A stretch of DNA of 63,627 nucleotides, filler included, from Octopus bimaculoides (Eukaryota), in assembly GCF_001194135.2 (NCBI RefSeq). It is 6 parts of 6 records of this genome, joined end to end, with 100 filler letters (N's around TTAATTAATTAA, not from the genome) between each part and the next. Parts side by side here need not be neighbours in the genome. Positions count along the whole stretch, not along the records: positions 32,198 to 57,760 come from NC_068997.1; positions 57,861 to 60,375 come from NC_068995.1; positions 60,476 to 62,185 come from NW_026417105.1; positions 62,286 to 63,627 come from NW_026430302.1; 2 more parts are not named here. The stretch is one strand, 5' to 3'. The position numbers and the translations under genes were made by a program. A model generated the notes under the pieces. It saw only the letters and a list, made by a program, of their open reading frames with translations, had not been told where the DNA came from and searched no databases. This document shows, one piece after another, positions 50,951-63,627 of the stretch. Each line of letters begins with the position of its first letter. The stretch's first letter is position 1.

Positions 50951-51850
50951 CCTGGGCGGACATGTTTTTATGGAAGATTGGAAACAGTTGCTACTGTGTG
51001 ACGGTGATATGCGTTTACAACTCGCACAATGAGACACCAACTAAAATACTCTATACACATTCATATATACATCCACACACACTCCTATACACAAACACAC
51101 ATAAGCGCATACATATGTGATGAGCTTTTCTCTGTTTCTATCTACCAAATCCACTCAGAAGGCTTTGTGTGGCCTGGGGTTATAATAGGAGACATTTGCT
51201 CAAGATGCCACACAGTAGGACTGAACCTGGAACCAGGTGGTTGGGAAGCAAGCTTCTCAACCACACAGCCACACCAGTGCCGATTCAGTGGTGAATTTTA
51301 ATAAATAACCGACAATCTTGTCTAATGTTGAAAGCTGTAGAGAATGGAAACAAGACTTAGAAATGTGGTTTTNNNNNNNNNNNNNNNNNNNNNNNNNNNN
51401 NNNNNNNNNNNNNNNNNNNNNNNNNNNNNNNNNNNNNNNNNNNNNNNNNNNNNNNNNNNNNNNNNNNNNNNNNNNNNNNNNNNNNNNNNNNNNNNNNNNN
51501 NNNNNNNNNNNNNNNNNNNNNNNNNNNNNNNNNNNNNNNNNNNNNNNNNNNNNNNNNNNNNNNNNNNNNNNNNNNNNNNNNNNNNNNNNNNNNNNNNNNN
51601 NNNNNNNNNNNNNNNNNNNNNNNNNNNNNNNNNNNNNNNNNNNNNNNNNNNNNNNNNNNNNNNNNNNNNNNNNNNNNNNNNNNNNNNNNNNNNNNNNNNN
51701 NNNNNNNNNNNNNNNNNNNNNNNNNNNNNNNNNNNNNNNNNNNNNNNNNACACACACACATATATATATACACACAAATATGTATATGTATATATATATA
51801 TATATATGTATATATACACACACGCACACACATATATTCACATACATATC

Positions 51851-51886
<36 letters not shown>

Positions 51887-51899
51887 TCAAAAACAATAT

Positions 51900-52400
51900 A
51901 AAGAACTGCTAGGTTCTTATCATTGCTTCTGAATACATGTGAAAACCTAACAACTTCTGAAATTGGTAAAAATCACTGAACTCAAACTTATTACTGATAA
52001 GCTTGATTTCTCATCAGGATGCAATACAAGTGCAGAGATGGTATTTAAAGAATTTTATTCTTTCAACAGATCTTCAGGTACAAGTTTGAATGACTTCTTC
52101 ATCCCGTATGAATTCCTTTCTCAAGAACTATCACAATTTGGAATTGCTTCAGCAGAAAGCATTCAGGCATTCTTTGTGCTCAAAGCTGTTAAAATATCGA
52201 AAGAAATAATGAAAAGCTAACATGTGCCACATGTTCTCATGTAACTTATAAATGCATGAAAAACACTGTCAAGAAGGCATTTGGAACTGTTTCAACAAGT
52301 GAGTGTGTGTTGGTACCAGCTGTGAAATATGCACCAGAACTTTCCCTGCAGAGAAGCAGTAGCTGCTGCCAACCTTGTGGTAATAAATTAAATCCGATGG
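51900..52400 (+). mobile_element. Decayed LTR-retrotransposon gag N-terminus (probably Ty1/copia-type)
   Basis: LITDKLD..AEMVFKEFYSFNRSSG..FFIPYE..IQAFFVLKAVKIS.ENEKLTCATC..MKNTVKKAFG..GNKLNPMD resembles, from memory, marine-invertebrate LTR Gag; not verified by search. Confidence 0.55.
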
Positions 52401-52419
52401 ACAATTCTTTTATTCTTTT

Positions 52420-53070
52420 ACTTGCTTCAGTCGTTTGACTGCTGCCATGCTGGAGCACTGCCTTTAGTTGATGAAGAAATCCAGTACTTATTCGTTGTAA
52501 GCCTAGTACTTATTCTATTGGTCTCTTTTGCCAAACTACTAAGATACGGGGTGAGTGGGGTGCAAACACACCAACATTGGTTTCAAGTGATGGTGGGTGG
52601 GGGACAGACACAGACATGCAAATGCATCATCATCATCATCATCATCATCGGTTAACGCCCGCTTTCCATGCTGGCATGGGTTGAATGGTTTGACTGAGGT
52701 CTGGAGAGCCAGTGGCTGCACCAGGTTCCAATCTGATTTGGCAGTTTCTACAGCTGGATGCCCTTCCTAATGCCAACCACTCTGAGAGTGTAGTGGGTGC
52801 TTTTTATGTGCCACCGGCTCAGGAGCCAGTCAGGTGGGCCTGGCATCGATCATGTTTGGATAGTGCTTTTTACGTGCCACTGGCATGGGGGCCAGTCAAT
52901 GGGCACTGGCATCGGGCTTCTTTCAGTTTCCATTTACCAAATCCACTCACAAGGCTTTGGTTGACGCGAGGCTATAACAGAAGACACTTTCCCAAGGTGC
53001 CACACAGTGGTACTGAACCTAGAACCATGTGGTTGTGAAGCCAGCTTCTTACCACACAGCCATGCCTGCA
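52420..53070. mobile_element. Cluster of S4 (minus), S5 (plus) and S3 (minus) SINEs
   Basis: Family motifs. Confidence 0.85.
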
Positions 53071-53189
53071 TCTTACCAATGATGGTAAGATCCTGAAATG
53101 TTTCAGATGTAAGTCTACGAAGTATTCTGCCAGGGACTCTAATAAAACCCATTGATGCAGTTATGGAGTCTAATCGGATGGGGTATATA

Positions 53190-53228
<39 letters not shown>

Positions 53229-53728
53229 TGTGTGTTTGTATGTATATGTGTGCAAGTGTATGTATGTGTGTATATGTATGTGTGTATACATTGTGTGCAT
53301 GTGTATGTATGTGTTTGTATATGTGTGCGTGTGCATGTTTGTGTGTATGTGTGTATACATGTGTATGTGCATGTGTGTGTGTGTTTGTATGTATATGTGT
53401 GCATGTGTGTGTATATGTATGTGTATACATGTGTGTGTGTGCATGTGTATGTATGTATTTGTATGTAGATGTGTGCATCTGTATGTGTGTGTGTGTGCAT
53501 ATATATGTATGTGTGTATACATGTGTGTGCATGTGTGTATATGTTTGTATATGTGTGCATGTGTATGTGTGTGTGTGCATGTGTTTGTGAGGATGTGTAT
53601 GTGTGTGTATATGTGTGTGTGTATGTATTTGTTTACTTGTATATGTGTATGTATGTATGTGTGTGTATATGTATGTGTGTGCATGTATATGTGTATGTGT
53701 ATGTGTATATAAATGTGTGTGTGTGTGA

Positions 53729-53766
<38 letters not shown>
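53190..53766. repeat. Cryptically simple (GT/AT/GCAT) tract
   Basis: Direct inspection; it explains the CVCV/HTHT ORFs. Confidence 0.95.
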
Positions 53767-53770
<4 letters not shown>

Positions 53771-54079
53771 TGTAAATCCCAAAAATAACAACAAAACTAC
53801 AAAGGATTCCGCGGTACACGTGTTTCAAGCTTTATATGTGTATAATATAATATGTGTATAATTTACAATGTAAAGCTATCCTCAGCCGCAAAATTATTTC
53901 TCTCCCAGGAAATTATACCACCTCGGCGTTGAAGTAGGAAGAAAGGTGTGATGTAAGAGGTGAAGATCCTTTCGGTATTCTGTATAGTACTATACCTCGT
54001 ATAATTCTCCACCCAGACATAATCTCTCCGGTCCTCCAAAAACCTTCCATACCTTGCCACGATTCAGTGTGTAGTGTCC

Positions 54080-54110
<31 letters not shown>

Positions 54111-54449
54111 TGTATGTGTGTATAGTTATATATAACCATATCCCACTGGCTGTTTGTGGCACCAGTGCCTGAATAGGTGCCGATATTCTGTAGATCATTG
54201 ATGGGGAAATTTAGCTGTTATGTCACTGCTGGACATCTGTCACCGAGGGACCCATAGCAGGGTGAAATCTTGTGATCTGTCAGTTGCAACAGGTGTAGCA
54301 GATGATTCTTGTCTGTCAATGTTATAATTCCAGATGCTTCTATGCACCCTGGGCCCTTCTGAGATATGCACTCAAGGGAAATGACACAGTATTCTGTGTT
54401 CTAACACAGCCTCGATGTTTAGTTGGAGATCAAGGTATATAGTCTTTTA

Positions 54450-55180
54450 TTGGCTGTGTGGTTAGGATTCTTGCTTTGTAGTCACATGGCTTTGGGTTCA
54501 GTCCTACTTTGCGATACTCCGGACAAGTGTCTTGTACTAAACATCTAGGTCAACCAATGACTCGGGAATGAATTTCTTAGAAGGAAAGTGTAGATGTCAT
54601 GAAAAAAGTCCCTGGTCAATGCTGTGAAGGGGTTGGCATTAGGAAGGGCATCCAACTATTGAAATTATGCCAAAGCAGACACTGGAGAATGGTGTAGTCC
54701 CTGAACCCATCAGATCCTGTCAAAATGTTCAACCCATGCCAGCAGGGAACACGGAAGTTAAATGATAATGATAAGGATGATGATGATGATGATGTTGGTT
54801 CATATATGTACACACATTTACATGCACGAACACACACATATGTTTAAGTCTTTCAAAGGTTTTTGTCTTGCAAAGTTACTTGGTGACCCTGCCAGTGCAG
54901 GTGCCACTTAAAAAGCATCCAGTCCACACTGTAAAGTGGTTGGCATTTGGAAGGGCATCCAGCTGTAAAAACCATGTAGAAACTGACCTCACTTGTGTTG
55001 GTGCCATGCGAAAACACTGAGTCCTCTCTGCATGGTGGTCAGTGTTAGGAAGGGCACCCAGCTGTAAAAACCATGCCAAAAACAGACACAGATGTATGGT
55101 GCAATCCTCTTCCTGGCCAGCTCCTGTCAAACTGTCCAACCCATGCCAGCAAGGAAAACTGATGCTAAATGATGATAATG
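54450..55180. mobile_element. S3 SINE plus two minus-strand S5 copies
   Basis: ggaagggcatcca..., aacccatgccagca motifs. Confidence 0.8.
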
Positions 55181-55876
55181 ATGGTGGTGTATATATATAT
55201 ATATATGTACGCACATTTACATGCACAAACACAGGCATATGTTTATGTGTACATACACGCACATATCAAACAGTGATTAATCTTTGTCTACTTGTGTCTG
55301 CATTTAATGCCCTAAACAACCATAACGTTATTCTTTGAAATGCATCTTTTAAGCATTCCCTTGTTGTATGCAATACGTCTCCCCCCCAACTACCACTCTG
55401 TTGCTAACAAAATGTTACAAACCTTTTTTCCCCCCCTATTTTCTATTAGGGACCTACCTATCTCTTTCTCATTATTCCCATCTTCCTTCCCTTTTTCCTC
55501 CTCACCCTTCTCTGCACTCCATAGTTCTTCAAATGGTGATGAAACTCGGTATAGCCTCTCCTTCTCTCTCAGCAGAACACACACTCGTTTGCTTGTACCC
55601 CTCCACACACGTATTAAGATGTGTGTGTGTGTGTGTGTGTGTATGTATAAAGATTATTATAATGAGCGTCTTTGAGGAATGATTAACTGCTCGTAATACA
55701 CCAGGCTGTTTTAATATTGCCTTTACGTCCAAAGATATCTAATGATGGGGAGATGGAGACAGGTCGAGATGGGGGAAGCTATCAGACTATTTGTGAACCC
55801 TCTGTTTGGCTGTGAAATTATTTGTGTGTATACGTGTATATGTAGATGTGTACACACACAATATACATACATATAA

Positions 55877-55923
<47 letters not shown>

Positions 55924-56279
55924 CATATCTCTATGTGTGTTTAGAGGGAAACAAAAGGAAAAACATCATCCAACCAACAACAAACAAAAAAGAAACTGAC
56001 ATAATAAATAAACAATAGATAAATAAATAGATAAATAAAATTCTATATATTAAATATATTAAGAAACAAACGATAATTATAAATATCAGATTGGCACGCC
56101 CATATATGGATAAACAGACTTTATTATTTTTTTTATTATCATTTTTTTTTGGGGGGGGGGATTGTTTTCTTTCCAGAAACCATCACTTGTGCAATTAACC
56201 ACACTTTGATGCTTCCCTCACACTGCCATTCATTGACACATTAACATTCATGCTTTCCTAAGCCCAAATATATCGATTT

Positions 56280-56282
56280 TCC

Positions 56283-56345
<63 letters not shown>

Positions 56346-56538
56346 CATCATTAACATCACCATCATTATCATTATTATTATTATCATCATCATCATCATC
56401 ATCATCATTATATAGTTGTTATAGTTCTTATTACTGTTATTATTGTTATTATTATTATTATTATTATTATAGTTATGATGTAGTTTTGTTATTATTATTG
56501 CTATTCTTATAATATTGTTGTTTTCATCATCATTATCA

Positions 56539-56569
<31 letters not shown>

Positions 56570-56790
56570 CATTATCATCATCATCACCATCATTATCATC
56601 ATCATCATCATTATGTAGTTGTTATCATAGTTCTTATTACTGTTATTATTATTATTATAGTTATGATGACGACGTAGTGTTGTTATTATTATTATTATAG
56701 TTATGATGTAGTTTTGTTATTATTATTGCTATTCTTATAATATTGTTGTTTTCATCATCATTATCATCATTATTATTATTATTATATTTT
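56280..56790. repeat. (ATT)/(CAT) tract with an internal ~230-bp duplication
   Basis: atagttatgatgtagttttgttattattattgctattcttataatattgttg occurs at ~56470 and ~56698. Confidence 0.9.
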
Positions 56791-57223
56791 TTTTCAGCAT
56801 TGCATCATTCTTTATCATAAACAGATACCTTATTTTGTTGTTGTTGTTATTGTTGTTGCTGTATTTGTTTTTGTTTTACATTTTTTCCCCCTACAGTATA
56901 AGCTGTGTGATACACACTATGCCTTGGCACAGTTTTCTGTATGTCTGTATGTGTGTGTATGCATGTGTGTGTATGCATGTATATGTGTGTGAGTATGTAT
57001 ATGTGTGTATGTGTGTATATATATTTAACCATACACATATATACATGAATTTGTGTATGTGCTTATATAATGTGTATGTGTGTGTGTGTGTGTGTGTTTC
57101 ACTATATATGTATGCACAAGTTTTTTTTATATGTGTTTATGTAATGTGTGCAGGTGTACGTATTCGTGCATGTTTGTACACATATGTTTATATATGTATA
57201 TGCATGAGTTTGTGTTTATGTAA

Positions 57224-57254
<31 letters not shown>

Positions 57255-57380
57255 CTATTTGTGTGTATGTGTGTGTGTACATGAGGATGTTTTCTTCCTT
57301 CTTATCTCATCTCCATATCCCATCATCTACTCACTGCTGCGTCGACACCTTTTTCCCTTTTTATTTTGCGATGCTATCTG

Positions 57381-57415
<35 letters not shown>

Positions 57416-57535
57416 TCTGTTTGTAATCGTGTCTCAGTTACTCTATAAATGTATTTAATATTCAAAACAAATACCTTTTTGATACGTATCACCCTGTTAC
57501 TTATTACCTCTCTTGTTAGCAGAAATGCACACACA

Positions 57536-57591
<56 letters not shown>

Positions 57592-57593
57592 CA

Positions 57594-57625
<32 letters not shown>

Positions 57626-57633
57626 CATGCATG

Positions 57634-57665
<32 letters not shown>

Positions 57666-58102
57666 GATGCATACACACTTGCATGTGTATGTGTGTATAT
57701 ACATGCATGTATATATATATATATATTTATACACACACACATGTATGCATGTATATATATNNNNNNNNNNNNNNNNNNNNNNNNNNNNNNNNNNNNNNNN
57801 NNNNTTAATTAATTAANNNNNNNNNNNNNNNNNNNNNNNNNNNNNNNNNNNNNNNNNNNNGTGTAGTCGTTGTATTATCTTTATCTTATGATATTTACTT
57901 TGTATTATATTATACTTATTCATTGTGCTTTTACTTATTTTATTATATGTGACAGTGGATTTTCATCGATGAGTTCATGAACCTTCGTTCTTTTCCCTAA
58001 ACTATATATATATATATTTAAAACTGTGAAACTTAATTTAATTTTAATTTTTAATAAATTGATTTTAATTGAGTTTTTACCTGTAATTTTGGATTTTTAT
58101 CC

Positions 58103-58154
<52 letters not shown>

Positions 58155-58900
58155 CATATATATATATATATATATATAAATATATATATATGAAAGTGTG
58201 TGTATGCCATTGTATATATGTATAATAGGTTTTGTGTGAATGTGTGTGTTTGTAACTGTGTGTATCGTAAATGGTTTACATGATTGTGTTCAATAAACAT
58301 TCCTCTCCCTTGCTTTATAAAATGGACTTCTGCATTAAATTTACATTTTAAGTCAGAAGTATTCTTTACGCTGATACAATATGTAGCGTAATTAATATGC
58401 GTCAGTAGCGAATGTACAGCTATTCATATGAATGAAATCGATGCTGGCAACGCATAGCATTTTATTTATATGCAATTATAATCTACTTTCTCTGCATGAC
58501 TAACTGTGTATTTGCTGCCGAAACTGGTCGAATTGTTCTTCCAGATATTACGAGGAAAATAAGGTCTATATGAACAGAAGAGCATCAACACAACAGCTGC
58601 CTTACTCGTATGATTATATGTGTGCGTACATGCAAGTATAAATGTATCTATAGGTACGAATATAAAATATACATACATACATGAACACACATGCACACAC
58701 ATACACACACACACACACACACATGTACGCACACACAAACACATACACACATAAATTTATATGCATGTATATAAACGTACACATATTAACACTCATGCAA
58801 AAACATTCACATACACAGTCACAATCCCACACACAATATACGTGTGTGTGTATGCCTGACTATGTGTGTTTGTGTGTGTAGTTGTGTTTGTATGTGTATA

Positions 58901-58979
<79 letters not shown>

Positions 58980-59869
58980 TTTTTTTCTTTTATTTGTTTC
59001 AATCATTTCACTGCGGCCATGCTGGAACACCGATTTTAGTCGAACAAATATTACTCGACACAGGAGCTCCCAACATCAGGAGGACGCAGGTTAGCGACGT
59101 GGATTATGAAAAACAAATGTGAAAGAAAGAAATTTAGGTAGTTAGTTGGTTAGTTAGATACACTTTTTAGTTTTCGAACTTTACTTTTCGAACCGGGAAC
59201 GAAAAAAGGCAAGGATTGTTGCGTCCAGATTTGAACAAAGAGCAAGAGCAGTGATGCGAAATACAACGCCCTATCTATCGCTTACCGGAAAACCAATTAA
59301 AATTTCGACCAGCTGTCATATCATCTTTTCCAATTAATTCTACTTAATGTTTTATCTCTAACATTTATCTAATTTTATAGTCTGTTAGCGCAACATGACT
59401 AGGTAAGTTACTAAACGATTAATATATATATCTTCAGATCTACAATACACAGCATATCAAACGTTGAGGCCACCTACTTATGTTTCCAACAATAATAGCT
59501 TCCCAATTAGTAGAAACCTTAGAGCTTCTGTTCAAAACATTGCAGGGCCCCATTCTGCGAACAAATGATGTAGTCCGTGCTACACTATGCTTGGAAAGAA
59601 AAAGAGACGGGATTGGCATAGCTGGAATGTCTGATTGTTGTTGTGGCTGATCAGCTTTCTTCTATTGTTAAACAACAAATTCGGTTTGAGCTAACAAGAT
59701 GTCCTCTAATGACTCGATTGTTTTGCTGGAAAGAATAGCACAGGTTTCCTCAGTATTAGAAAATATTTTCTTTAGAGAGTGGAAGGACTTGTTTGAGAGT
59801 TCAGTTCTGCTTGAAAACTGAGAGATGATTATGGTTGGAGCGTGGTTACTTTATGAGGATTTACGTAAC

Positions 59870-60375
59870 AAGCACCAATATAACCACCGTCGCGGTCAAC
59901 ACGATCTCGAATACAACTCTCACCACCACCAACATCACAACTACCTCCACACCATCACCCCCACCACCACTCCCATTACTTACACCGTCGCCACCGTCAG
60001 CACGCTTACGACCCCCTGTAATACTACCACAAATGACACAACCATTTACACCACTACGACCACCACCACTACGACCACCACCACTACGACCACCACCACT
60101 ACGACTGCCACTACTACGACGATGACTACTACCACTACCAACACCACCACCTATATCTATACAAATCTATTTATATATGTGTATATATGTATATGAATAT
60201 GGGTATAAATATATGCATATCTATGTATATATATATATATAAAATATATACATACGTATATATATGTATATATATGTATATATGCATATGTATATACATA
60301 TATAGGCATATATATATATATATATATATGTATGTATATATATATGTAAGTATATATATATATATATATATATAT
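59870..60375. repeat. (ACC/ACT/ACG) triplet tract followed by (TA)n
   Basis: Direct inspection. Confidence 0.9.
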
Positions 60376-60869
60376 NNNNNNNNNNNNNNNNNNNNNNNNN
60401 NNNNNNNNNNNNNNNNNNNTTAATTAATTAANNNNNNNNNNNNNNNNNNNNNNNNNNNNNNNNNNNNNNNNNNNNCACACACGAGCAAAAATTTACATAC
60501 ACACATGCATAGACACACACACACACACATACATAAACACACAGGAGCAGAAATACATATAAGCAAAAATCTACATATAAACGCACACATACACCAGCAC
60601 AAACACACCTTGACACACATACGCACACCCAGTCACACACACACACACACACACACACCTACTCCATCCTGTAATTATAACCAGATGTCTATTTGAACAA
60701 ATCTGCATTTCTAATTTCATTCCAGCCTCACTCAACCAGAAGTACATTCTTCCGGGTACAAATAACGGGTAGATGAGCACTTTATTATAGATTTTCCTAT
60801 TCGGGTACCTCTGGTCATTCCGTCGTCTAAAAACAGCAGCCAAATTTGCCTCAAATTGCACCTTCAGTC

Positions 60870-61170
60870 ATCGGTCTGCTTGACCAGGGACGGGCCTGGA
60901 GTTAAACAACCATAACGAGGAAGGACACATTGGATAATGTAGTCCTAGGTACACTATGTCTGAATAAAAGACAGGATGGTCACATCTGGAACATCACTGA
61001 TCATAGATCTGCTGGATCAGGACTGACCATGGGCTAAACAACAACTACAAGGAAGGACACATTAGATAATGTAGTCCTAGATACACTATGTCTGAATAAA
61101 AGACAGGATGGTCACCGCTGGAACATCTTTGACCATAGGTCTAGTGGATCGGGACTGACCTGGCGCTAGA
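60870..61170. repeat. ~132-bp tandem repeat, about 2.2 copies
   Basis: ggaaggacacatt.gataatgtagtcctag.tacactatgtctgaataaaagacaggatggtcac at 60919 and 61051. Confidence 0.92.
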
Positions 61171-61592
61171 CGAACTAAGTTTTCCTGGGCATATATTCTC
61201 AACAGCAGTAACGCTACATTCTTTCACGGTAATAATAATAATAATAATAATATANNNNNNNNNNNNNNNNNNNNNNNNNNNNNNNNNNNNNNNNNNNNNN
61301 NNNNNNNNNNNNNNNNNNNNNNNNNNNNNNNNNNNNNNNNNNNNNNNNNNNNNNNNNNNNNNNNNNNNNNNNNNNNNNNNNNNNNNNNNNNNNNNNNNNN
61401 NNNNNNNNNNNNNNNNNNNNNNNNNNNNNNNNNNNNNNNNNNNNNNNNNNNNNNNNNNNNNNNNNNNNNNNNNNNNNNNNNNNNNNNNNNNNNNNNNNNN
61501 NNNNNNNNNNNNNNNNNNNNNNNNNNNNNNNNNNNNNNNNNNNNNNNNNNNNNNNNNNNNNNNNNNNNNNNNNNNNNNNNNNNNNNNNNNNN

Positions 61593-61684
61593 CAATAAAT
61601 GTCCGCATGGCACGATTAGCGAAGACGAAGACCAAATGAACCAGGTCTTCGTCTTCGCTAATCGTGCCATGCGGACATTTATTG
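61593..61684. repeat. Perfect 41-bp inverted repeat with a 10-nt loop
   Basis: caataaatgtccgcatggcacgattagcgaagacgaagacc-aaatgaacca-exact reverse complement. Confidence 0.97.
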
Positions 61685-61853
61685 TGGTTTTAGAGTCAGG
61701 ATTTGACTGCTATTTTTTCGGCGTGGTGGTATCTCTTGATACCCTGTATTATAATTTTAAATAATTTTAAATAATTATTACCTTTGATGGTTTTTATTCC
61801 CATGCTGACCACTTGATAAGATCAATATTTTAAATATCGATCTTATCCTTATT

Positions 61854-61894
<41 letters not shown>

Positions 61895-61909
61895 ATGTAT
61901 TTGTGTCAC

Positions 61910-62090
61910 TGTTTGCCGCTCCGATGTTGGTGTGTTTACGTCTCGGTAACTTGGCGGTTCGGTAAAGATAACCGATAGAATATGTACTACGTTTACAAAG
62001 AATTAGTCCTGGGGTCGATTTGTTCGACTAAAGGCGGTGCTCCAGCATGGCCGCAGGCAAATGACTGCAACAAGTAAATGAATAAAAGAA
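61910..62090 (+). mobile_element. S4 SINE, CpGs intact
   Basis: Family motifs. Confidence 0.85.
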
Positions 62091-62285
62091 TATATATACA
62101 TAAACATATATATATGTGTGTATATATAGATATTCATATTTATATTTATGGGTTTCAGCCAAGTGGCTGCGGTCATGCTGGAGCANNNNNNNNNNNNNNN
62201 NNNNNNNNNNNNNNNNNNNNNNNNNNNNNTTAATTAATTAANNNNNNNNNNNNNNNNNNNNNNNNNNNNNNNNNNNNNNNNNNNN

Positions 62286-62329
<44 letters not shown>

Positions 62330-62594
62330 AATGATAATGATGTTGATGATGATGATGATATGTAGAAAGTGAGAGACAGTAGACATAGATCGAAAGAAAA
62401 GTTGATGCATAGATACACGGACATTTTAAAATCAAAGACAAATAACTGCAGTAAATATTGGATGTCGCTTTCATTTTTCATTACCACACAAAAATAAAAT
62501 TAACTTGCAAGTGGCTGAGTACTTACTTTGGATCATAGNNNNNNNNNNTGAGTCAAGTACATCAACATCAAAATAAAAATCAAATGGAAATTGT

Positions 62595-62952
62595 AGTTGT
62601 GATACCTGTGCTGGTGGCTCATAAAAAGCACCATCCAAACATGGCTGATGCCAGTGCCAGCATTCACTGGCTTCCATGCTGCTGGCATGTAAAAAGTACC
62701 AACAGATCATGGCCGTTGCTAGCCTCCTCTGGCCCCTGTGCCGGTGGCACGTAAAAAGCACCTACTACACTCACAGAGTGGTTGGCGTTGGGAATGGCAT
62801 CCAGCTGTAGAAACACTGCCAGATCAGACTGGAGCCTGGTGCAGCCTCCTGGTTTCCCAGACCCCAGTCGAACTGTCCAACCCATGCCAGCATGGAAAAC
62901 GGACGTTAAACGATCATGATGTTGATATATTTGTATATAATATATATATGTA

Positions 62953-62992
<40 letters not shown>

Positions 62993-63300
62993 AAGCTGTG
63001 AGTTTTTGTCTTGCAAGTTACTCAGTGATCCCATTGGTGCTGGTGTCACTTAAACAGCACCAGTGAGAATGCCTTGTAAAAAGCATTGGTGCTAGTGCCA
63101 CATAAAAAGCACTGGTGATGGTGCCAATTAAAAAGCATTGATTCTGGTGCTGTGACACACAAAACGCAGTTTGCTGGTGCCCAGTAAGAAGCACTGGTGT
63201 TGGTACCATGTAAAAAGCAGCCAGTAAACTTTGTAAAGTGGTTGGCATTTGGAAGGACATCCATCTGTAGAAACCAAACCAAAACAGACAATGGAATCTG
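62595..63300 (-). mobile_element. Two S5 (RTE-tail) copies, the second with ~24-bp tandem aaaaagca(c/t)tggtg repeats
   Basis: gcatccagctgtagaaac, aacccatgccagcatggaaaacggacgttaa. Confidence 0.8.
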
Positions 63301-63627
63301 GTGTCTATTAAGACAAACAAATTACAAATACACAGAAGCATACTAAACTGGTTATATAACAAAAAGCATGAGAATGTCAAAATGTATAAATGTTATATAA
63401 GATGCAATCATCTTAGAATGGTAACATGCAGTCTGAGTGAGATTTCAGTGCTGTTTCCAGTAGATTAAATAACTCCATTTAAGTCAACAGTTCTCAGCCG
63501 TTTTTTGTCCTATGGGTCTCTTTGATTTCTTTCATTTATTTCATGAGAACCTCAAAGGCATTCAGTGTTTTAAAAATCCTATTATATTTTTAGAATAAAA
63601 TGTTATCAGGAATTGTATTAAAAAAAA

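Noticed and set aside
53863-54060. 65-codon minus-strand ORF; another frame has kinase-like CLGGELY
   Set aside because: No splice signals, and a stop follows the motif; no recognisable family.

Overview
Eukaryotic, AT-rich animal genomic DNA, probably an octopod cephalopod. That assignment is an inference from the SINE families, the extreme microsatellite load and the gap markers. Roughly 9 kb is N-gaps. I recognise no host protein-coding gene, rRNA, tRNA gene or CRISPR array; almost all ORFs in the track are microsatellite or gap artefacts. Recognisable coding remnants are all transposon-derived: a Tigger/pogo transposase, three mariner copies sharing one internal deletion, two CR1-type RT fragments, a Naiad-type Penelope element (RT thumb, GIY-YIG, degenerate hammerhead), four R4/Dong-clade fragments from three subfamilies joined by (TAA)n tracts, and a probable LTR gag. 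At least five SINE-like families are scattered throughout. The most interesting signals are: (1) a 485-bp, highly structured, hammerhead-containing tandem monomer (retrozyme or Penelope pLTR-like); (2) head-to-tail R4/Dong stacks at TAA arrays, including an RT-less derivative; (3) a candidate recursive splice site or 4-nt microexon at 43.7 kb, inside a CpG-depleted domain that looks like a methylated gene body; (4) several long inverted repeats and perfect hairpins. I cannot demonstrate a wholly new system from sequence alone.
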